Positions 12,806 to 24,564 of a DNA stretch of 64,000 bases are shown here, in pieces (position 1 is the stretch's first letter; each line of letters opens with the position of its first letter). The notes under the pieces are model-generated. The model did no database searches, was not told the origin of the DNA, and saw only the letters and a program-made list of their open reading frames with translations. The stretch is from NCBI GenBank assembly GCA_964035545.1, contig OZ037767.1, positions 5,348,707 through 5,412,706 on the forward strand, read 5' to 3'. The stretch comes from Bugula neritina. Lineage: Eukaryota; Animalia; Bryozoa. The position numbers were made by a program, and so were the translations under genes.

Positions 12806-15800
12806 TCATGGAAGCTGTGTACATTCTTGTTCTGTCTGTGACTGGCCTCTTTTCATTCTATTCCCCCTCTGTATGAAGACATATTTAGGTGAAGAAATGA
12901 AATTCCTCACTTTTTTCCAGACTCTCTGCATTGCTTTTTGCTCATCTTGAGATCTACTCTGTAAAAAGTTGCTAATTAATAAATATTGAGTTATTTTGTG
13001 GAAAACACTGTGTCTTTGTATATTTTAGCTGTTGCAGTATCCACACTTTAACCATCCTAATTACTAGTGAGAGACCAGGTATTTCGTAAAGGCATAAGCA
13101 CTATACTTTACATTAGTACACATGCAGATTTTTAAAAGTTTTTTAACTTATTAATTCACTTGTATCAATGAAAGCTAGCAACAGTTGCAACAGTTTCAAA
13201 TGTTGCATTATTATATTATTTATAGACCAGGAACAATTCCTTGCAATATAAGTTGACTGTAATATAAAGATATAAATGTGTGTCAGCAAAAGCAAAACTA
13301 TTGCGATAAAATACATTAGTTTAGTGATTTCTTATCTTAGAAATTAATTGAGTTGTATACGTGTTTACAGTCATACTTACGATATCAATAACCATTGTAT
13401 CGGCAGCGAGGAACAAGTTGAATGGTGCTTTGATTATTTCCTCATTGAGCTCTTCTAGTATCAGTACTAGAAACTTGTTGGGTTGGTGAACCTCAGATTT
13501 GCCTGTCATATTTCTACCTGTAAATAAGACAGAAACGTGATGCATCGGCACTATGGAGGCAAAACTATGCCCATAACATCTGAAAATCAACAAATATGAA
13601 ATTGGTTTAATTTGCATTGAAATACTGCGAAGCTTTGTAATAGTTGCTCGGCTTGAAGTTTTGCTATAACTGTCTCCACCTTTAACCCTATGTGCATGGC
13701 TGTTATAATGCATGCATGCATACATCTGTCTATGCCTATTACGTTATATATATGGCCACTTAGTTCTCCACACAAAGGTAAAGCTAATAATTAGCTGAAG
13801 TAATAAAGCAATAAATAGAAATGTGCAAGAATCATGTCCCATAAAAATATGACAACATATAATATAGTATTGAATGTAATACAATATGTATATTATATAA
13901 CATGGCGATTTAGCTATCGCACATTTAAATATAATAAATAGATAATGTATATTTTCTATAAAAGTGAAAAGAATATGTGTAACATATATAAAAAAAACAT
14001 CATACATGTTCAAAAACCATGTCTTGCAGTATATACGTCATGCAAAGAGTTTCAAGTTAACACTATGACAGATTGCATGCTTTGTTTTACATCTGTTTAA
14101 TAATAAATATAAATAAGAAAATGTACAACGTTTTAAAACATGTTTGTAGAAAAATCAGATAAAGAATTGGTCTGGCAATTGCTATGCAAGTTTTTCATCA
14201 AGAAATAAACATAAAGCTTGTTTTAATTTTTACTGACAGCCATGTATAGCAGTTGTTTTATTCTACATCATAATACCTTTAACGTTAATGTTTTAATTAC
14301 TATACTACGAAGTATACACAAGCTTTCAAATGTCATACATGAGAAAATAGAAATACATATTCGCAATATAGTTCAACAAAGCAATTGAAAATATTTCATT
14401 TCTACTCTAACCTGCCAGTATTTCAGCTTGACTAACACAAACAGGGTTAGTAAGGTAAGAGTTTGTTAGAAGAATGATGATTTTCCTGCTATTCTCCAGA
14501 GTTTCACACAGTTCTGTAAATGTGTTTGCACCAGGCTCAGAGTCTCTATCAGCTATAAACAGTTTCAGTCTCTGCTAATAAAAGTCAATGATCATGATAT
14601 ATTGAATAGTTTGTATGACAAGTTAACAAAGTTACAGATATTAACTCACATATCAAGAGTTTATACAGTTTTGAAAGTTGATATTCTCAACTGCAATGCA
14701 AAGATTCTGGCTTGCTTGGTACATTGCAGCTTGCAAATAGATTAAAGTTATTTTAAACAAATCCAATACAGACTCATTCTACTCACATTATTTTGTTCAT
14801 CAGTTTCCACCATGTCTCCACGTTCTACACCAGGAGCCAGTTTCTCTGCCACCCATCTAGTATCTCCTTCACTCTGTGTATTGTACGACACTAATGCATC
14901 ATACACACACTGCTGCTCAAACTTGACTTCTCTCATCTCATCAATTACTGCACTGACTACCACACGGCAGTGACTAATATACCAGCGATACTTGTAACAT
15001 GGGAGGGCAATCAATAGACTAACTAATATTCCAGCCACCACAATGCCAGAATATATTAAAGGCATTTTTATAAAGCAGAAAAACCTATCTGGTGTATAAT
15101 CAATAAATTTTACAGTTACACTTCTATTGTTTGCTTCTGGTGGACTACAAGTTACATCTTTAGTAATCATTAGAATTGAAGAAACATTCAACCAGTCTTC
15201 AAAATAATTATCACACTGACAAACAAATGGATTTTTATTAAAGGCAAACAAAGTAAGTTTTTCAAAATCATATTCAAAGCTGTCCAACGTTTCTTTTGAA
15301 AGTGAGCTGATAGAGTTGTCCTGAACATACAATGACGCAAGTGATTTCAGTCCCTTTAGATCAGATGCATCTAATGTTGACAAGGCATTAGAGTTCATAT
15401 TTATGACTGCCAATCTTGGACAAGCTATTGGAAGGTTAGTTGGCAGGGCCGTAATTGAATTTTGGGCTAACATTAAAAGCCCTAGCTCAGGCATATTGTC
15501 AAATAAGTAATTGGGTATGTATGTGAGTTGATTGTCAGTTAAATCTAAATGTTTCAGAGATAACTGTGATATGGCCTGAAAATTCTCTTTTGATTTTTGA
15601 CCAAGATAGTTATATGCTAAACTTAGGTAATGGATTGTCTTGCAAACATTGACACCAGTGACATCTGTCAGCTGATTGTGCTCAATAACAAGCTCTGTGA
15701 GATAAGGCATAACTCCACACAGTTTCGTAGAATCAACATAAGTGAATTTAGAGATAAGGTTTTGGCTTAATTTTAGAAGAAACATCTTTGAAAAATTATA

Positions 15801-17144
15801 GCTACCAATGCTTTGATTCTGGTTTAGGAAAATTGGAATGTTTTGCAGGAAATTGCTGTCTAAATACAAGCTTCCCAGCTTTGGAAAGCTATCAATTAAA
15901 CTTGTCAAATCGTAAGGTAGTTCAGAGTTTATGCCTATGTCAATCATGTTCAATGTTTTAACTTGTGATGTTGTATTTTTATCAAATAATGTGAGTTTTC
16001 TAGGTCCAAATAAGTTTCCATTTAAATTTAGATTTGTCATGTGTAATAATGAATTAAAAGTTCCATCTCTGATCCATGAAATTCCACACCATCCAATAAA
16101 TAATGTTTTAAGCTTATGAAATCCATCAAATATGTCTGGTGTTAAAGTGTTGCCAAATATTTTCTCCCCGTATCTTGTGTCAAGTGAAGAGAGTTCAGGA
16201 AGCATTTTCAAACCCAATAGACTGCGAGGATTCAAAAAGCAAGATTTGTTAGCAGAATTTGAAGTTGTCCAATATCTCATTGTAAGGGTTTTTAATGACT
16301 GAGGCAATTTTTCGAACAGTTGGCTGGCTTGTGATGGGCAATTTTGAAACAAAGGCAATCTGTCTATGACCAAACTTTGAAGACTTTTCAGTGGAGCTAA
16401 AATGTTTGGACCAGCAGAAAATATATTTGATTCACTCAAACAAATACTCTGAACATGGCTAAGAGGTTGGAGGTAGTCTGAGCTTATATCTTGACAATCT
16501 CCATGGCTAGTTCCAAAGCCATTTAGTACCAATACCTCTAGCCTAGTAAGATTTTGAAATTCTTCATCGATAGACATTTTGTTGTATTGACAGTTTTCCA
16601 AAGGATTGTAAGAAAACTCCATACTGCGTATTCTAGAAATACTTGGAAAAATGTTTACTGGGAAATGCCTGAACCTCCCATAAAGGAAAATCAGAGTCTT
16701 AATGTGATTATTTGAATCAAATAAGCCCAAAGGAAGTTGAGAGATGGAAGAATGGGTAAAATTAACATATTCCAAGTGAGGCTTATTAAGAAAAGTTCCA
16801 GATGACAAGGCTGTAATATTTTGACCAATCATGGTTAATTCCTTTAAGTTATAAAATTTGCTAAACACAGAGCTGTCGATTTGTACAGGTGGACCTGCGT
16901 AGGTTATTACCATATTTTGGGTACCAGAGTTTAACTGTCTAGGTATCACTTCATTAGCATTGCTGCTGGTACAAATAGCATTATATTGATCACATTTTAG
17001 ACACCCCGTTATGTCACAAAAACCAAGTTGGCAATTTCTATCATCATTTGGACATGTGTTCTTTTGGGTTGACACATCCTGAGTATTTAGAATAAATATA
17101 TAAAAAAGGAATAAAATTTTAGCTAGAGTACTAATAGTCTTCAT
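12806..17144 (-). CDS. Toll-like receptor (LRR-LRRCT-TM-TIR), single-cysteine-cluster type, ~936 aa
   Basis: Exon 14787-17144 carries the signal peptide, a Cys-rich N-cap, many LxxLxLxxN LRRs, LRRCT (NPFVCQC...VTCSPP...C), TM (LIYSGIVVAGILVSLLIALPCY) and TIR box1 YDALVSYN. Further exons: 14412-14574 (LFIADRDSEPG...LENSRKIIILLTNSYL), 13381-13517 (KFLVLILEEL) and 12806-12958 (RVWKKVRNFI...LP*). Phases 0/1/0 are consistent; total 2811 nt. Confidence 0.92.
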
Positions 17145-17215
17145 AGTCTACAAAAAACAAAACACAACCTTAAGTTTCAAGGCACATAATAGTGTATGCG
17201 TCCAGTTAATTTACT

Positions 17216-17228
17216 AGGTCAAAGGTCA
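17216..17228 (+). promoter_or_regulatory. Perfect nuclear-receptor DR1 element AGGTCA-A-AGGTCA just upstream of the TLR ATG
   Basis: Exact consensus direct repeat, ~70 nt 5' of the TLR start, in the presumed 5' UTR intron (acceptor ttgtag|ACTATG at ~17148). Function untested. Confidence 0.4.
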
Positions 17229-17490
17229 AAGTTTTTAAAATCTGATATGTTTTTTATCACTATAAAGAAGTTTGACAAGCAACCTGCTTTTCTATAGAGC
17301 ATTTTAGAAACTTGCTTGAATAGCCACTGGTTTCCGCATGAGCAGATTGAAATTTAGCCTCTCCCATATTTTATTGATGCAAATTTAAAATTTAATATTA
17401 GTTGTGACAGTATTGATTTATAATCATCATGATTAAAATTTTCTCTAGATGTTTTTGACATTAGCAAATTTATATAATATAATATGCCTT

Positions 17491-17705
17491 AGCAGCCGTG
17501 GTCTATAAGTGGTTAGAGCGTTTGTCTATAGTAAACATGAAATTATGGGTTTGAACCCTAAAAAATGTCATTGGTAATGTTAGGAAGAGCATCCAGTCAT
17601 AATTGCTCTTGTGCCTCATCTGAACAAGTCCTTAGCCCAATCTAACAAAAACCCTTTCAATCAGAGGTTTCTCACAGAGATAGCAAAAATAAACTTGCGT
17701 GAGTT
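17491..17705 (+). mobile_element. tRNA-derived SINE copy (near full length)
   Basis: agcagccgtggtcta...ggttagagcg head, B-box-like gggtttgaaccc, same core and ...cttgcgtgagt tail as the 6198 copy. Approximate TSD tataat(at)gccttagca on both sides. Confidence 0.8.
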
Positions 17706-20390
17706 TTTTATAATGCCTTAGCAAGTATACAAACAATAAAGTGACCTATAATTATAAAATGCAGTATGAACTAAAATCTTGACAAAAAGGAATTTATGTT
17801 ATAATATATAGCCTCACCTTTGTGCTGAAAAAAAGACTGCTGCTATTTCTTATAGGTTGTTACATTTAATACAACTTTAAACGAGGTTGTTGAAAAATTT
17901 ATCAGTGCGCAATCAAATGAATCACCTTTCATTGAAATAAGATAATCTTACGTCAGTAGTTTTGAAATAAATTATTTGAATTATGCATTGACACCGTTGT
18001 TTGTCAGAAAATAGGAGTTTGCAATTTGAAAACTGATGAAAATAAAAATATTCATGTTATTGTCCAACAGAAGCTCATCGAGCAACACCCAGGGACAACT
18101 TTCATTTTTCTTAGGGAAATAACCTATTTGGTCATAAAAATTAGCAGTAACCATTAGCCATAGTCAATGAGCTAAAGTAAGTCAATATAAAACTTCCTTT
18201 TATATTATTATTAGAATTTAATAAAACAGCTTCATGATCATATAATATATGCTCATTTATAATATACATATTACATTTAGTAGAAAACAACTGCTTATTG
18301 GAGAAGATTTACAAATAATATAGTATTTTGGTAAAATCTTATCATAAAATAACATGAATTAATGTTTCACATTGTCACTAATTGTTTAAAATGATTAGTC
18401 TGTCTATAATTTGGCCCAATAATCTCTAAAACAGCATGTCGTCTGCTTCTACTTGCAATAATAAACTTGACTAATTTGCATCTTAATAAAGTTTTGGGTT
18501 AAACATAGCTAGCGTTGCCTGTTTCAAATATAAATATAATGTTAGAGTTGCTTCCCATGCTTCAGAAATATTTCTTTTACTTCTTCAACTAATATACCAC
18601 ATATTTGGACTATTCCAAACGTATAATTTTGTGAAGTTGTCGTTCCCTTACTATTAACCTCACTTTGACCTAAAGTATTGCAGTAAGTTTAGTATTGCTA
18701 ATCAAAAAATGAAAATTTTAACCAATTGTTAATTGAAAGCGAGACTGCGTGGAGAGTTAACTCCAAGCTATAAAGTTTGTTATTTTAGTATCATCTGTGT
18801 AGCCTGTGTAGGTAATGTATTAGTATTTTGTGATATGGATAATTAACTGATGTGCTTCATATTTTATTATAAGTACCGTGTTTTTTGCTATAGAAAAATG
18901 CACTATTTAAATTATGTACATGATGGTTATTTATTAATAGTATAATATAATATACACTCTAGTGTATAATGCAATATTTAATAAAATACATAATAAAACA
19001 CTTAATATAATAGATAATTATATAATATATAATATTATATAGAATATCATAAGATTTCATATTATATTATATAGGCCTATGGTATTTTACATTACTTTGA
19101 TATTATAGGCAACATATTTTAAAAATACTATTTCAATTTTTCACTATCTTAGCTACTATTTTTTTGCTTTGAACTGTAGAGTAAAAGAAGTGATTATGTA
19201 TGGAAAGTTATTATTGTGTACAACTTGGGTTTTAATAAAAAAAAGTTAAGGTAATTACTCTTCTTTTGTGTCTTAATTTGTGTTTTTTGTAGCATCCAAA
19301 ATAATGTGACTTTAATGCAAAATGTCAATATAAGTATATTATGCAATGTGTTATTGTTTATATATATTTTAATTTATATATTTGAAAAATAATAAAATAT
19401 AATGTAATTTATAAGAAAATAATATTTATTATGATATTAATAATTTTGTTGATATATAAATTATTCCTTGCATTTTATTACATGCTTATTGAATAATAAA
19501 AAGGTCAACTCATTTTGCTAAATTTTACAAAATCGGAGTTAATTAGGTATAGTTTTAAAATATAGTAATTTTTCACTTTTACTCATTTTTATTGAATCGG
19601 CCAGTTTCCATAGCAGCATGCCAACTAGTAAATGAGAATTGTCTTCTTTTCAGTGTTCACGAAGATTTTTAACACTGCTATAGTTGTTACACTGTTCTAA
19701 TAGAACACCTGCATGCATGACATATTTCGTCTTGTACTTGCAATTATGCATTAAACATGTATAATATATTATACTGTAAATGGGTTGCCATATATAAGCT
19801 AAACTGGTCACATATTTACATAACCAAAGTCTAAATATTATAAAAAAATTTACGAATCAAGACAGCTCATGCATAACAAAACTGCAAAAAAGTTCTAAAC
19901 AAATCAGCTGCTATAATTAAATCAGACACAAATATTGACTAACGAAATAAGCATAATCGGCACAAAGTATCCTATGGGATTCACAGTGTTATAGCCTATT
20001 CAACTCTTACACTTTCATACAACAGCAGCTTTTACTTCATCAAATAATTGCTAATATATCAAGTATCTAGTGTAGCCATTATACTATGCAAATGTTTAAC
20101 AACTTACATTGGTTATCATATGTAGAGACACACAGAAATGTATTTTGAATAGAATATTTAATTGCAACTATATTTTTTAATTTTGGATTGAACAAACTAT
20201 TGCAATTGCACATTCATATAAATACAATGTATTGACAGTTTTTATAAATAATTAATTTTCTGTTTAGATAGAGTGCTAGAAAACCACTGAAACAAAATAG
20301 TCTTTATTTGTGATATAACATTATGCTGGAATGATATTCAATATTAGATATTTTGCAGTTCAAATTATCTAACAAATTTACAAAATTAAA

Positions 20391-21186
20391 ATGTTCTTTT
20401 GGTCATTTGCTTTGCTAGTACTTCGAATTATTTATGTTATTGATAAAGGATTAATTCTGGAAGTTGATGTAAGTTCATATATTTAACTGTTTAGTGGTTT
20501 AGAAAAATTTTGACTATAAGTTTGAATTTTCAAATCTTTTTTATGTCTATTATGAGTAGCTTTACCTTTATAGTTATATCAACAAATTTACATTCTATGC
20601 AGCCTAATTGGTTCATAGATAAACAGCTACTGAATATATGTAAAAAAAATTACAAGAAATATTGAAAATATGACAGAAAAGTCTTTAGTGAAAATTACCA
20701 TATATACCGGTGATGCTAAAATAAGAAGTAACTGTTATGGAGAAAATAACTACAAAGTATGAGTTTGCAACACAACGTTTTTGTATCTCTGCTGCCTATG
20801 TACTCAATTTTTTGAAAATATTATATATTTTTTTAAATTATGCAACCTTTTATAGCAATTTTAATATATTTACAATAAATTTATGTAAAATTAGGGATTG
20901 GAAAACAGCTATAGGTCTGCACTGGTGTCTGAACCCTACCAGCTGGTAAATGCCACACTTGTTAGTGGAGTCAGATCTGCTACAGAGTGCTCAGTAGAAT
21001 GTACCCAGAAGCAGGCAAAGTGTGCAGCATTTCAGTATGACAGTAAGAGCAAGACCTGTTGGGTCTCTGAAGCTCCTCCTACAAACAGCACGTCTGGTGT
21101 TTTACCAAGTGAAGAGGCCAAGCTCTATCAGCAAGGTTCGTTGTTCATTTAACCGCAGTGTTCATTGCCTGCAAAATAAACTATAC

Positions 21187-21229
<43 letters not shown>

Positions 21230-23040
21230 TATACATACATATACATACATATATCATATGTGCTTATACTGTATGCTTATATTGCAAGTGTGCCCGGCTA
21301 GATGGACAAGAAATCCAATAAAATCGACGTGTTTATTCTTTGACTTTGAAAATGAATACACAAGAAATGGCTCTCAAGCTAAATGTGAAGAACTTGGGGC
21401 TAACCTCATTGAATTAGACAGCGAAGAGGTTTTTGATTGGTTTATCAGTCTAAGAGACAACCGGCCAGGTAATACCAAAGTTAAATGTTATCACAAATGT
21501 AACGCAGCTAATTCAAATAAAAATATGGTAATGATGATTTTATTCTAATGCGCGTAATTAAATATTTAGGCTTTTCCTACATATGTTGCACACACCGGAT
21601 TAATGCAAAACATTTTCTTGACTGCTTAGTATAATAATCAATTTTAAAATCATGTAAATGACTGTGCATTTTGTGCAAAGCTCCCTCCATACTAAATGTT
21701 TAACAAATACATTTGCAGTAACGTGCTTGCACTTTTTTATACTTTAAACTATGTTGCATTCAATATGCCAGTTATCAAACCCTAATTATTGCAACCTATA
21801 GATATATGTTGTTCGCATAGATATAGTACCCACAGTCTAGAATCTAGATGTGTAAGACATTGATCACGTGTGTAGTCTAGAGCTCATATTTGAATCTACA
21901 AAAAGAAAGTTGATATGCTACTATACATATTTGTTTTAAAAACTTATAAATATTCTATCAGTTATTCAGAATTTTTTAATATCTTGCTTGTTTATTCTTA
22001 CAAACTTATTTACATAGAAGAAATATTTAGTTTCAAAATGTATGATGAAAAACTACTATAGTTTATTCTTTTGAAGTTTGTAGATCAATTACCATATTAT
22101 ATTCAACCGAATTATGGACTGTTAGCGTGATGCTTTGTATTTATCTTATTGGCCCACTCTTCATGTTTTCTGCAATACTATAATGGTTTCATTATGTTTC
22201 ACCATCACCATTTTTCTTCCCTGTCTATATATGTTTTCAGCATATGTAAAAAAAAGCTGATCGATTGAAGTGTTCAGACAATTGAAAAATTAAACCTTTT
22301 TAATGCTCAATGCATTATTTTTATTTTGTCTTATGAAAAAAGTAACAAGTTTCATTTTATAGTCAATTGTCAAAAGTATTTCTTCAATTACATGCATGAA
22401 GATACCACAGCTTTTTAAAAACAAGTAAAAACCTATTCTTTTTTGAAGCTATATTTCACTTGCTTCAATTAGGGTTAGACATTACTGTTTACACAATAGA
22501 ATAGAATAAGCATAGACCTAGTGATAACAATTTATAGGAAGCAGCTTTGCAAATGGTCACAATATATTAAAAATAATTGATATTTTATAAGAATTCAGTA
22601 AGAGTTAAAATACTAAAAATACAATTTGCTTATATATTTTTCAAAAGCTTTTTTGCATTAGGTATATCTGTGAAGCAAGCAAAAAGGAATATTATACGCC
22701 ACTTCATAGTTTATCAATTGTATTTGATATCAAAATCACAAATGACAAATGTTGCAATACCTATTCAATACATAATGCATATAACATATATAATGAAACA
22801 TATAGTGCAATACTAATATTATTTAAAGAATTCCAGTTCATCGAAGTTTGGGTTGGCGCAATGTGGGATGGAGAAGAATACCGTTGGAGAAACGGTTTGG
22901 TTATACCCGATCATTGGTGGAGGTTAAGAGAACCTAACAGAAGTGGAGATTGTGTCAGTTCGTGTGACTCAAAGCAAAACTTTTTTTTACGAGATAAGCC
23001 ATGTGTCTCTTTAGTTGCATCCTATATTTGTGAAAAATGA
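20391..23040 (+). CDS. Secreted PAN/Apple + C-type lectin domain protein, 236 aa
   Basis: Exons 20391-20468 (MFFWSFALLVLRIIYVIDKG...), 20895-21135 (SATECSVECTQKQAKCAAFQYDSKSKTCWV), 21289-21468 (CPARW...CLFF...SQAKCEELGANLIELDSEE) and 22829-23040 (VWVGAMWDGEEYRWRNG...WRLREPNRSGDCVS...LRDKPCVSLVASYICEK*). Phases 0/1/1; 711 nt. Confidence 0.88.
21182..21253. repeat. (TA)n/(TACA)n microsatellite
   Basis: Intronic TA run between the PAN and CTL exons. Confidence 0.9.
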
Positions 23041-24564
23041 GTTGTGATATTTCTTCATGCAAAAACAAATGAAGATTAATGACAGGCTTATATTAAAATA
23101 ATATGCCAGTTGTCAAGTAAATATTTTATTCATTGTAAGCAATTTTAACTATATCAATTATTTAGACAGTATGTTGTGTAAGAAAACAGAAGTCTTTGAG
23201 ATATTGCCTAATGACATGAGTATTTTTAATTTAGTTATGTGATTTTCTAGCATCTCTGGTTTTAGAGAATTGCTGTCAGCCAAACGTAATTGTTAAAATC
23301 ATATGGCAATAGTGAAAGTATCATAATGATGTAATATTGGAATCACATTGCTATGTGTATATGTTGTTGATGCAGTTCAATAAAATACAATTAATCATTA
23401 CATTATAGAATCATTGACACCAAACATGTAGCACTGCTGTTTTGTTTAAATTACAATACATTGGGCATAAGAACTCAAACTGATACAGAATCAACCTAGT
23501 TTCAACCAACAAACTATGCAATCAAAGATTCCAATTATAAGAAAAGATTAAACTAAATTTTTATCAATGCCTTTTGCAATAAAAAGAAATGTACCAGTAA
23601 AACTAAATAATAGGTAAGACATAAAGAAACTTTGTCTTTAAAGTTTATGTACTAATATAGTAAGGCATGCATGTAGCTTATAGTTATGATCCCTGCTAGT
23701 AAGGTTTGTGAGCGGCTAATTATATAATTTTAATAGCTTTCATTCAAGTAACTGTTACCTATAATCTGTAGTTTTCCATAAATTATACTTTCAAATTTGG
23801 AATGTTTGTAAGTATTAGACGACTAGATTGAGTAATATCTGTTAATAAAGATAGTGACTGCGTATCATGTGATCAGTGTGAAAAATTAAAATGAAAATAA
23901 CTTGACATCATATTTCAACGCATGTTCTCTTAATGTAATACTGTAGCATCAAAGTAAAAATAAACCTGATTAGCACAGGTCAAATTAAGATGACTTTTTA
24001 TGCACAAAAATGATAAACCAACCATAAAAAACAATAGCAATTTTTACCAATTATATTTTCAGATAAGACTGTGCTTGTATATAACTAAAGTAATCATGAC
24101 TTAGGTATATAGTATTTTTCTGCAGCACAAGCTAAAATAAAAGCTCCAAACTACTATTTAAGTCATGCTTTTCAACATGAAGGTTGTAATCATTACACAA
24201 TCAATCAAGTATCTGCGCTATGAATGTTTTGGCAGATTTAATATGGCTGTGCACTGCTTAAGGAAAGAGAGTGACACTGAGTAAAATCCTGCTACCAACA
24301 GTTATATAATATTTTGCAATATATACCAATAGTAATGACATTGCAACACGTAGATACTGCAGGAAACATTAAGGAAATGCAATCTTTGTTATTTTATCAT
24401 TATTTATAACCCTCTCATTCAGGAAATCATGGTCACGTAGTTACTATCTAACAAATATGAAATATAATAACTGATGAGTGTTACAGACCTTATATAAAAA
24501 GGTAGTATAATATGAACAGCCGGAGTGTAGAGTTAGACACCTGTCACTGAAGCTACACCAAAAT

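Noticed and set aside
12806-14900. TIR domain as a prokaryote-style NADase defence effector
   Set aside because: Intron-containing, fused to a TM and LRR ectodomain; the position equivalent to the catalytic Glu (WCxxE) reads Gln.
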